The notes beneath the pieces were generated by a model. It was given only the letters and a program-made list of their open reading frames with translations, searched no databases and was not told the DNA's origin. The translations under genes were made by a program, and so were the position numbers. Below are positions 29,822-38,056 of a DNA stretch of 64,000 nucleotides, piece by piece. How positions within the stretch are numbered: position 1 is the first letter of the stretch; each line of letters starts with the position of its first letter. The stretch comes from Nitrospinaceae bacterium. GTDB taxonomy: Bacteria > Nitrospinota > Nitrospinia > Nitrospinales > Nitrospinaceae. The stretch spans positions 1,504,001 through 1,568,000 of the forward strand of contig OZ245011.1 of assembly GCA_965223665.1 (NCBI GenBank), in the 5' to 3' direction.

Positions 29822-31021
29822 ATGATGAATGATTTAAACATAACTGAGTTTGGCATGCCGCGCGAGATCTACGAAAGGATTAAAGAATTAAGGCGGGACC
29901 TGCACCGTTACCCGGAACTGAGCCATAAGGAAAAACGCACGGCCCACAAAATTTCAGAACAGTTAAACTCCTTAGGAATTTCCCACGAGACCGGTATTGC
30001 CGGAACGGGAGTGGTTGCGAATATACCGGGGCGTTTTTCAGGGCCCTCTATTGCCCTGCGCGCGGATACAGATGCGTTGCCCATTCTGGAAGAGACGGAA
30101 CTGCCCTTTGCCTCTGCAGAAGCTGGGGTAATGCACGCCTGCGGTCATGACGGACACAGCAGTATGCTGGTAGGTGCCGCCGCAATGCTGGCTCAGGGGG
30201 AACCGCCCCCGTTGCCGGTTCGTTTCGTCTGGCAACCCGCGGAGGAAGTAGGCGAAGGCGCTCTGGAAATGATCCGCGCCGGCGTTCTGGAAAATGTGGG
30301 TATGATTTTCGGCGGCCACCTGGACCGACATTACCCGGCGGGAACACTGATTGTTACTGACGGACCGGTCAATGCTTCCACAGATACGTTTCATATTCAT
30401 ATTCATGGGCAGCAGGGGCACGGCGCACGTCCTCACGAAGCCTGCGACGCTATTGTGGTCGCCAGTTTGATGATCACCGCCTTACAAACTATTGTGTCAC
30501 GAGAAGTAGACCCGGCCCACCCTTCGGTAATTTCAGTCGGCGCGTTTCATGCGGGCACAGCCCCTAACGTCATTGCCGGTTCAGCCAAGCTGGATGGAAC
30601 CCTCCGTGCCCAGGACAAAGAGGTACGATCTCATTTGCAGGCTTCTATATCACGCATGGCAAAGGCCATCGGTCAATTGCATGATGCCCAGGTCTCCGTA
30701 GAATTTAAATTCGGGACTCCCAGTGTGGTCAACACTCCGGAAATGGCGGAGCTTGCCAGGAGCGCGGCGGTGAAGGTGGTGGGACCGGAACGGGTAGTCG
30801 CTTTACACACAGCTAACATGGGCGGAGAAGACTTTTCTTATTACCTGGATAAAGTTCCCGGCTGTTACATTCGTTTTGGAGGACAGGTGCCGGATCGAAA
30901 AGGGTTTCCCGCGCATTCCAGTCAATTTGATTTCGACGAGAAGGCGCTTGCCGCCGGAGCCGCCTGGTTTGCACAGGTAGCCCACATCGCTGGAACGTCT
31001 TTACACAACCAAACGTCATGA
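29822..31021 (+). CDS. M20D-family amidohydrolase
   Basis: RRDLHRYPELS, LRADTDALP, MHACGHDGH, QPAEE, GGEDFSYY. Confidence 0.93.
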   Translation: MMNDLNITEFGMPREIYERIKELRRDLHRYPELSHKEKRTAHKISEQLNSLGISHETGIAGTGVVANIPGRFSGPSIALRADTDALPILEETELPFASAEAGVMHACGHDGHSSMLVGAAAMLAQGEPPPLPVRFVWQPAEEVGEGALEMIRAGVLENVGMIFGGHLDRHYPAGTLIVTDGPVNASTDTFHIHIHGQQGHGARPHEACDAIVVASLMITALQTIVSREVDPAHPSVISVGAFHAGTAPNVIAGSAKLDGTLRAQDKEVRSHLQASISRMAKAIGQLHDAQVSVEFKFGTPSVVNTPEMAELARSAAVKVVGPERVVALHTANMGGEDFSYYLDKVPGCYIRFGGQVPDRKGFPAHSSQFDFDEKALAAGAAWFAQVAHIAGTSLHNQTS

Positions 31022-32637
31022 CTCAATTCCCCATCACCATCCGCGAAGCCCGGGAAAAGGATGTGTCCGCCATTCGAGATATTTTCTACACGGTATACAG
31101 TTCGCATTATCCTTATCCTCAGTTTTATGATGTTGACTGGCTTAAGCGATCTGTTTTCAGTGACGACATCATTTTGCTGGTAGCGGTAGACGATAACACC
31201 GGAACGGTCCTCGGTTTTTCGTCAGTCGTATTAGATATTGGTGCGCACTCAGACCTCGTCGGTGAGTTTGGTCGGCTGGTGGTCCATCCGGAACCGAGGA
31301 AACGCGGTATTGGTAACGCCCTCATGGCCAAACGAATCGAACGGGTCCGGGATCGACTTCATTTAGGGATTGTGGAAAACAGAACCTCGCATGTGTATTC
31401 ACAAAAAATTTCATTGAAGCACGGTTTTGTTCCTGTGGGGTTTCTGCCTGTTAAGTTACCGTTCCCAAAGCAGCGGGAAAGTATGGCTCTGTTCGTCCAG
31501 TATTTTAGCGATGCTCTAAAGATGAGAAACAATCACCCGCGCATCATTCCGGAGGCACACACTTTAGCCCGTTTTGCATTCGCCAATTGCTCTTTAGAAT
31601 GCGACGCTATAGTGGATGATCAAACCCCGCCCTATCCCCATTCCACAGATTTTGAAGTGACCGAGCTGACCACCGATGAGCTTCCTTCCCTGATACAGAT
31701 TCAAAGAGGGCGAGTAAGCCATCGTGAATTGTTTGGCCCTTTGCGCCTGCATTATGGATTTTTCCGCTTGCAAATGGCGCACGCTCAATACCTGGTGGTG
31801 CGCGAGCCGGCGCTGGGAGAAACTAAGGGCCGGTTAGTTGGAGCGGTAGGTTATATTCGAAACGATCATGAGAAGTTATTAAAAATTTATGAACTCATCA
31901 CAACACACGACCTTCCGGTAAGGTTCCTGATAGATCAGCTTCTCAAGCAAGCCCAAATCTGGGGCATTGAATATATCGAGGCAGACGTCAGCGCGCACTC
32001 ACCCCGAATGCAGAGAACCCTACTGGAACTGGGCTTTCTGCCGGCTGCCTATATTCCAGCAATGGTATTTTGCGATGTGGAGAGGATCGATGTCGTTCGT
32101 ATGGTTTTAATTCGTGGGGTACTCGACACGGATCAAGTCAACGTTATACCTGAGATCCAGCCCATCGCCGAAAGTGTGCTTCAAGCTTTTACCTTGCAAT
32201 CGGTGGACCCTGTAATTTCCGAAGCGGCAGAAACAATTTCTCTGTTTCAAGGATTGGGCCCGGAGCAGACACAACTTTTGGCCGGGTTATGTCGGTCGAA
32301 GCGATATAAAGAAGGTGACCCACTTTTTGTTCAGGGCAGAAAAGCCGAAGAGATGTTCCTGGTCCTGGAAGGACGTATTTCGATTAATGCGGATGTTCCG
32401 CCTCGGCAAATTGGTTTTATTCAGCCGGGGGAATCTGTCGGAGAACGTGCACTTTTGACCGGTGAGCAACATGCCGCCACAGCAACCGCGGAGTCCAATG
32501 CCCTTGTGGCCGTGCTAACCCGTAATGATTTGACCAACCTGATTCGTCAACGACCTGATATTGGTCTCGTGTTATACCGGAATCTTGCAATTGGTTTAGG
32601 AAAAAAACTACTTCGCACGGATGCCCTGACAAGCTGA
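31018..32637 (+). CDS. GNAT-domain protein fused to C-terminal cyclic-nucleotide-binding domain
   Basis: LVVHPEPRKRGIG; C-terminal LFQGL...G..LFVQG...MFLVLEGRI...GESVGERALL; ATGA overlap with amidohydrolase. Confidence 0.85.
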   Translation: MTQFPITIREAREKDVSAIRDIFYTVYSSHYPYPQFYDVDWLKRSVFSDDIILLVAVDDNTGTVLGFSSVVLDIGAHSDLVGEFGRLVVHPEPRKRGIGNALMAKRIERVRDRLHLGIVENRTSHVYSQKISLKHGFVPVGFLPVKLPFPKQRESMALFVQYFSDALKMRNNHPRIIPEAHTLARFAFANCSLECDAIVDDQTPPYPHSTDFEVTELTTDELPSLIQIQRGRVSHRELFGPLRLHYGFFRLQMAHAQYLVVREPALGETKGRLVGAVGYIRNDHEKLLKIYELITTHDLPVRFLIDQLLKQAQIWGIEYIEADVSAHSPRMQRTLLELGFLPAAYIPAMVFCDVERIDVVRMVLIRGVLDTDQVNVIPEIQPIAESVLQAFTLQSVDPVISEAAETISLFQGLGPEQTQLLAGLCRSKRYKEGDPLFVQGRKAEEMFLVLEGRISINADVPPRQIGFIQPGESVGERALLTGEQHAATATAESNALVAVLTRNDLTNLIRQRPDIGLVLYRNLAIGLGKKLLRTDALTS

Positions 32638-32651
32638 ATTGAGAACGGCAA

Positions 32652-32683
32652 AATACCCGCGATTCGACCCAAAGCGGATATTT
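32652..32683 (+). repeat. Repeat family A palindrome
   Basis: AAATACCCGCGATTCGACCCAAAGCGGATATTT. Confidence 0.8.
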
Positions 32684-32740
32684 ATTAAATTTCAAAAAAT
32701 AACCGATAGATACTATGAAGTTCATCCCAATCAGAAAGAA

Positions 32741-32761
32741 ACCTTTGCATAACCAAAGATT
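32741..32761 (+). mobile_element. Solo terminal inverted repeat of MITE family C
   Basis: ACCTTTGCATAACCAAAGATT, one mismatch from the reverse complement of 56308-56328. Confidence 0.55.
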
Positions 32762-32771
32762 CTGGTGAAAC

Positions 32772-34442
32772 ATGATTGAAGCCCATTACCTCGTAGACAT
32801 TCTGATACTGCTGGCGGCAGCCATTACCTGTGTTCCCCTTTTTCAACGGATGGGATTTGGATCGGTGCTTGGCTATCTGGTTGCTGGTATCGTTATCGGT
32901 CCCTGGGGATTTGGGTTCATTGACCAAATTGAAGAAATTCAGGGGATCGCCGAATTTGGCGTCATTTTTCTGCTGTTCATTATTGGCATAGAACTCAAGC
33001 CGAAACGTCTGTGGGCCATGCGGCGAATGGTGTTCGGTCTTGGTACCGCACAAGTGATAGTCACCGGAGGGGCGATCATGGGTTTGGCTTTGCTTTTCGG
33101 ACAGTCGCACCGGACTTCCATGATCATCGGTTTTGGTTTGGCGCTCTCATCCACAGCATTTGGTCTTCAGATACTGACCGACCGCGGTGAACTGGGAAAA
33201 AGCCACGGTCACACGGCCCTCTCCATACTTCTGCTGCAGGACTTGGCGGTTGTGCCCTTATTGGCACTGGTATCTCTACTTTCTGAAGAGACCACGTTAC
33301 TTCAGGGGATAGAATTTGCGATTTTGGAGGCCGTACTTGTTATCCTGATCGTCATCCTTGTTGGCAGATTTTTACTTTCTCCCGCCCTGCGAGTGGTGGC
33401 CACCAGCCGGACAGCGGAATTATTTACGGCAGCTGCCTTGTTCACGGTGCTGGGTACCGCATGGCTTATGGAGGAAGTGGGCCTGTCCCTGGCGTTGGGG
33501 GCCTTTCTTGCAGGACTGATGGTGGCGGACTCTCAGTACCGGCACCAGGTCATTGCCGATATTCAGCCGTTTCGCGGCATCTTGTTGGGTTTGTTTTTCA
33601 TGGGTGTTGGAATGTCCCTCGATTTCAGCCTGATGGTAGGGAACATCCTTGAAATTGCCGGAATAGTATTGGGATTGCTATTGATCAAGTCAGTAATTCT
33701 ATGGGGTTTGTGTCGGTCAATGGGAGTAAATAAGTCCGATGCCACGCGAGTCTCTCTTTTACTTTCGCAGAGTGGAGAGTTCGGTTTTGTAATTTTCGGG
33801 CTGGCCGCGTTTGGCGGGGTATTGAACCACGATCTTTTTCAATTCCTTTCACTGGTGATAGTGCTGACCATGATCACCACACCCGGGATGGTGAACCTGG
33901 GTGAATATATCAGCAGGGGGTCCACACTAGCGGGGGATGGACACGATGTCAGTACCACACATATTAACGAAGGGCAGCCGCATGTCATTATTGCCGGCTT
34001 CGGTCGTGTGGGCCAACGGGTCGCGAGAATCCTGCAGGCGGCGAATGTACCTTATCTGGCCATCGAAAGTAATGCCGATCGCGTGCTGGAAGGAAGACGG
34101 GAAGGGTTCTCGGTTTTTTACGGGGATGCCAGTCAGGTCAATGTGCTAAAGGCGACCGATGCCGAACGGGCCGGTGCGCTGGTCTGTACCATTGACCAAA
34201 CCGTTCCTGCCATACGGCTGGTCCATATTCTGCGTCACCTTTATCCGGACCTGGCCATTCATGTACGTGGACGTGACCGGCAACACTGCGACCAGTTGTT
34301 GAAGGCAGGGGCAACCGTTGCCGTTTCGGAAACTTTGGAGGCCAGCCTTCAGATCGGCCGCGCGGTTCTTAACTCCGTGGGAACTTTTGATGAAGACACA
34401 ACCGCACTGATCGAATCGTTCCGCACGGAATATTATGGATAG
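32772..34442 (+). CDS. CPA2-family K+ efflux antiporter (KefB/KefC-like) with TrkA-N domain
   Basis: LGYLVAGIVIGP, LALSSTA, LLLQDLA, SQSGEFGFV, IIAGFGRVGQ, FYGDAS. Confidence 0.93.
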   Translation: MIEAHYLVDILILLAAAITCVPLFQRMGFGSVLGYLVAGIVIGPWGFGFIDQIEEIQGIAEFGVIFLLFIIGIELKPKRLWAMRRMVFGLGTAQVIVTGGAIMGLALLFGQSHRTSMIIGFGLALSSTAFGLQILTDRGELGKSHGHTALSILLLQDLAVVPLLALVSLLSEETTLLQGIEFAILEAVLVILIVILVGRFLLSPALRVVATSRTAELFTAAALFTVLGTAWLMEEVGLSLALGAFLAGLMVADSQYRHQVIADIQPFRGILLGLFFMGVGMSLDFSLMVGNILEIAGIVLGLLLIKSVILWGLCRSMGVNKSDATRVSLLLSQSGEFGFVIFGLAAFGGVLNHDLFQFLSLVIVLTMITTPGMVNLGEYISRGSTLAGDGHDVSTTHINEGQPHVIIAGFGRVGQRVARILQAANVPYLAIESNADRVLEGRREGFSVFYGDASQVNVLKATDAERAGALVCTIDQTVPAIRLVHILRHLYPDLAIHVRGRDRQHCDQLLKAGATVAVSETLEASLQIGRAVLNSVGTFDEDTTALIESFRTEYYG

Positions 34443-34472
34443 GTAAGCAAACGCGCGGGTTTTGGGGATCCG

Positions 34473-34499
34473 TGTCTGCTTACGACCCCAAGCGAACAA
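34473..34499 (+). repeat. Repeat family A palindrome
   Basis: TGTCTGCTT-ACGACCCC-AAGCGAACA. Confidence 0.75.
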
Positions 34500-34576
34500 T
34501 CAACAAAAAATAGCTTCACAAAAACTGACGAGTGATCATGGTTTTCATCGAAAATAATAAAATTTGGAGTGAAAGC

Positions 34577-35038
34577 ATGACAAATCGCAGATTGGAATAT
34601 TGGTTTTTACAGATTCCCGGATGGCTGCTACTTGTCTACCTCATATACGCACAGGCGATCCCAGCTTTTGATTATCAACTTGGGGTTCGGATGGGCACAC
34701 AGGAACCCGCTCATCTGATTACTGAAGTAGGGGCGGCTTTCTGGTTCGGCTTCGCATTCTCCGATCTCGTTGTCTACATTCCCCTACTGGCGGCAGGGTT
34801 GTTCGGTTATTGGCGAAATTATTTGTGGGGTCGAGTCATTCTTGGAGCCGCCCTTGGCATTACAATCTACTGGCCTGTCGTCGCCCTTGCCACCGTCGTC
34901 GACGCTAGAGATGCGTCAGGGTGGGATCTAGATGAGACTCAATACTGGGTCGTCCTGCCAATAATCGTCCTGTGGGCACTCTGGGGGTTGTGGCAATTGG
35001 CCCGTTCTGCGAGAAACAGCTCCGATGTCAACAACTAG
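34577..35038 (+). CDS. Hypothetical membrane protein (about 4 TM)
   Basis: Hydrophobic segments, SD GGAG. Confidence 0.75.
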   Translation: MTNRRLEYWFLQIPGWLLLVYLIYAQAIPAFDYQLGVRMGTQEPAHLITEVGAAFWFGFAFSDLVVYIPLLAAGLFGYWRNYLWGRVILGAALGITIYWPVVALATVVDARDASGWDLDETQYWVVLPIIVLWALWGLWQLARSARNSSDVNN

Positions 35039-35043
35039 CTAAG

Positions 35044-35210
35044 ATGTCCGCTTTACCCGATCACATTCTTGGTCATTAATGCCCCATAAATTCATAGGGT
35101 GAATCCATTACCCTTTCCGTTGCAGTTACTTTTCCCGTCCGGGCCTCTATCTTTAATGGAAATTTTTTTCCCGGATTTTTTACAGAAACAAAAACTCCCA
35201 CTTTTCAGTT
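35044..35210 (-). pseudogene. Repeat A half-site plus near-identical copy of the 3' end of gene 36965-37420
   Basis: ATGTCCGCTTTACCCGAT, then ~130 bp nearly identical to 36965-37095. Confidence 0.9.
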
Positions 35211-35314
35211 GGTTTCATAAACGAACCATACTTAAACATCAATTTATGTTTAAGTTATTGAATCATGACCTTATACTGAGGAGACAGAACTTATTATTTG
35301 ACATCAGGGATTCT

Positions 35315-36190
35315 ATGAAAATCGAAAATAATGCTTTGGCTTATTTATTCAAATTCACACTTTGCCTACCATTGTTGATAGGGCTTTATTCAATAGCAAT
35401 TGCTGCAGAGGACCCAACCAGCGAGGAATTGAGATCCTTATACAATTTTCATCCTCACACGCTAAATGAGAAGGAAATAGATGAAAAATCTTCCATACTC
35501 GATGTCTTCTGGAATAAGGCAAAGAACAATGATAAAAAATATATCGAGTTATTAAGAGCGGAGCTCAAAAAAACAGACCATGTGCCCTTCTTTTACTTTG
35601 ACGCAGGAAGATTGTTGTTAGTTTTATCTGGAACTCCATCTGACAAGAAACTTTTTCTCCAGGGAATGCGCCATGTAAATTTAAGAGATCTTCAAACTAC
35701 AGATTATTTAAGGATAATACACAAATTGGCAGTAGAAGGTTTCGATACCTCCGATGCGGCCCTCAAAATACTGCAATATCCCAAGTTTAAAGCCTTCATA
35801 CCTCAGCACTTTTTAAAACTTGAGCAAGATTTTTCGTTAATTTATATGCTGTTCCCTTTAGAAGACAAACTATTTATAGAAAAGGTTATCTCGGCCTTGT
35901 TTCAGGAAAAAAACGAAGTATCCCAAAAATCATTGATGCTGGTTTTGTGGTACACAACAACAGAGATAGGATGGGCAGCTCTTCGAAAAGTAGCAAGGGA
36001 TAAAAGATTCTCGATTGAAAACAAAAAGTACGCGGAGGAACTTCTTTCAAGGATACAACATGCCAGTTTATTCAGTTTAAGCTCTTACGATTCCCTAAAG
36101 AAGAAAAGAAGGCATTCTCTAAGAAGAATTAGTGATGAGGCGTTGTATGAGTTCGACGATTACACACGTGACCTTCTTTCAAAGAAATAA
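35315..36190 (+). CDS. Secreted/anchored helical hypothetical protein
   Basis: ATG 35315 followed by a hydrophobic leader; the longer ORF start lies in duplicated DNA. Confidence 0.75.
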   Translation: MKIENNALAYLFKFTLCLPLLIGLYSIAIAAEDPTSEELRSLYNFHPHTLNEKEIDEKSSILDVFWNKAKNNDKKYIELLRAELKKTDHVPFFYFDAGRLLLVLSGTPSDKKLFLQGMRHVNLRDLQTTDYLRIIHKLAVEGFDTSDAALKILQYPKFKAFIPQHFLKLEQDFSLIYMLFPLEDKLFIEKVISALFQEKNEVSQKSLMLVLWYTTTEIGWAALRKVARDKRFSIENKKYAEELLSRIQHASLFSLSSYDSLKKKRRHSLRRISDEALYEFDDYTRDLLSKK

Positions 36191-36242
36191 CAGTCACTGA
36201 CAATAAAACACATTATTTAATAAACTCGAATCCCTCGAAACC

Positions 36243-36926
36243 ATGAACATTCGCGCTTCCAAAAAACGCATTGCCCTTGCGTGGTATTTAGACTTTTTAC
36301 TTTTCATGGTTTTCTGGAGTCTACTCAATCATTTTCTATTTGCAGACAAAGACCTTCCTTTTTGGATGGCCTTAGTCACTTTCATTGTCATTGAATGGGT
36401 ATGCATTAAAATTTTTGGTTCCATCGGAATGCAATTTCTCAGCATTGATGAAAACCAACGGGTTGATGCCAATATCCAAAATAGAGAAAACTGGTTAACT
36501 ATATTTCTAGGAGTAATTTTAGTTCTTGATGGCACAAAAAGCCTTGTGCGTTGGATGGACTTCCCGGTCAATTGGCCATTTTTCGGAGCGCTTCCTGATC
36601 CAAAAACACAAATTGTAATAAATATTCTGGCTGGGTGCTGGTTTATCGCCACAGGTTATTTTTTCTTGAAACTGAGGCCGGAAAGCATTTGGCTGGGGTT
36701 TATTACTGTCATTTGCGTATTGGTTTCCTCAGTTCTTAGTTGGTCGTTATGGGATGAAACAGCGGCCAAAATGGTTGTTGCCCGAAGAGAGCTTCAAGGC
36801 TTACCGGTCAGAGAGGGTGAAATAGAGTTCTTTCAAGGTTTAATGCCGGAAGGTATAATTGTGGCCACAGTTATTTTTGGCCTGGGAATATTATTTTCAC
36901 GCAAAAGATTTAAAAAACTTCCCTAG
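36243..36926 (+). CDS. Membrane protein, RDD-like N-terminus
   Basis: KKRIALAWYLDFLL; multiple TM segments. Confidence 0.7.
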   Translation: MNIRASKKRIALAWYLDFLLFMVFWSLLNHFLFADKDLPFWMALVTFIVIEWVCIKIFGSIGMQFLSIDENQRVDANIQNRENWLTIFLGVILVLDGTKSLVRWMDFPVNWPFFGALPDPKTQIVINILAGCWFIATGYFFLKLRPESIWLGFITVICVLVSSVLSWSLWDETAAKMVVARRELQGLPVREGEIEFFQGLMPEGIIVATVIFGLGILFSRKRFKKLP

Positions 36927-36929
36927 CCC

Positions 36930-36950
36930 AATATTCGCTTTACGACCGAT
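36930..36950 (+). repeat. Repeat family A half-site (degenerate)
   Basis: AATATTCGCTTTACGACCGAT, equivalent to 35044-35061. Confidence 0.6.
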
Positions 36951-36964
36951 TTCATTCCATGTCC

Positions 36965-37420
36965 TTAATGCCCCATAAATTCATAGGGTGAATCCATTAC
37001 CCTTTCCGTTGCAGTTACTTTTCCCGCCCGGGCCTCTATCTTTAATGGAAATTTTTTTCCCGGATTTTTTACAGAAACTAAAGCTCCCACTTTTTCATTT
37101 TCTTTTAAATAGGGAATCGTAACATCGACGGGAGCGCTGCCTGGATCATTGATCCTCATCAATTCATAGTTTATGTATTTAACGGAATACAACTCTCCCG
37201 CATTGATAAATATTTTCAGGGAAATGTTTTCCAAATCCCGGTTTCCGTTATTCGTTATCCAGCAATTGAAAAAGTCTACGGGTTCGCCTTCCCGCAAAAC
37301 GGAGTTTGTATGGTGCATCACATACTGCAGGGAAAGACGCTCTTTAAACAGGCCCCAAATAATGATAAGTCCAGCGATCCCAAGCGCCACATATAAGAAA
37401 TTTAATATATAATCGGGCAT
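36965..37420 (-). CDS. Membrane-anchored hypothetical protein (Ig-like ITNNGNRDL motif)
   Basis: N-terminal TM, extended -10-like TGGTATAAC upstream. Confidence 0.75.
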   Translation of the reverse strand: MPDYILNFLYVALGIAGLIIIWGLFKERLSLQYVMHHTNSVLREGEPVDFFNCWITNNGNRDLENISLKIFINAGELYSVKYINYELMRINDPGSAPVDVTIPYLKENEKVGALVSVKNPGKKFPLKIEARAGKVTATERVMDSPYEFMGH

Positions 37421-37470
37421 AAACGGCTAACCTAAGTGGATTGACTCCGGTTAGTTATACCATAAATGCC

Positions 37471-37495
37471 TGTCCAATTTTGGCCAAAAACGACT
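37471..37495 (+). repeat. Repeat family A (degenerate)
   Basis: TGTCCAATTTTGGCCAAAAACGACT; same position relative to the promoter as ATGTCCGCTT at 29145. Confidence 0.55.
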
Positions 37496-37541
37496 TTTTT
37501 CCTGGGTAAGGCACCTTGTGTGGCGGAAGGCTCAATGCATC

Positions 37542-37931
37542 CTATTCGCTCTCAACTTCCTTATATTCCACCGATTTCGATACAATACAATGTCGCTTGG
37601 CGCCTTCCGCCCAATCTTCATCTTCGATAATTTCAATGACGACATCCTTTGGGTCAATACTGTTGCAACATTTACGCACCCTATCAAAGGCTTCTTTTCC
37701 TCCTAAATGTATTGTGGCCGAATCCATATACACCGGCAATTCCAAATAGACCACATCCTGAAACACCAGCTCAAAGTCTGACCAGGAACTCGCATCGCGT
37801 CCCGCTCTCAGAATCAGCTTATCCCCCATGAAGTGCCACATGACCAGATCCGTAGGCATCCGCGACCGGACTTGATCCATAAATGTCTCAAGACTTTGGT
37901 TACTACTTTTTTCTGGTGGGTTGTTTTCCAT
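37542..37931 (-). CDS. Small acidic hypothetical protein
   Basis: Open frame with protein-like composition (DFELVFQDVVYLELP). Confidence 0.7.
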   Translation of the reverse strand: MENNPPEKSSNQSLETFMDQVRSRMPTDLVMWHFMGDKLILRAGRDASSWSDFELVFQDVVYLELPVYMDSATIHLGGKEAFDRVRKCCNSIDPKDVVIEIIEDEDWAEGAKRHCIVSKSVEYKEVESE

Positions 37932-38056
37932 AGTCACCCAAACGGTTAGAAAAACTCAAAAAAGTGTGGGAAAAAATTGAGGAACATTATATCAACTTCA
38001 TCCTGGATAAGTTAAGATTAATTAAGTGATTTTGACGAGGAGTTAGAGGGGGTAAA

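Noticed and set aside
35099-35314. N-terminal extension of the 363-aa ORF
   Set aside because: Reads through the antisense of the duplicated gene end; ATG 35315 precedes the hydrophobic leader.
35075-37095. Diversity-generating retroelement TR/VR pair (non-coding copy of a gene 3' end)
   Set aside because: The few differences are not adenine-specific on the coding strand and there is no reverse transcriptase in the window; a plain duplication explains it.
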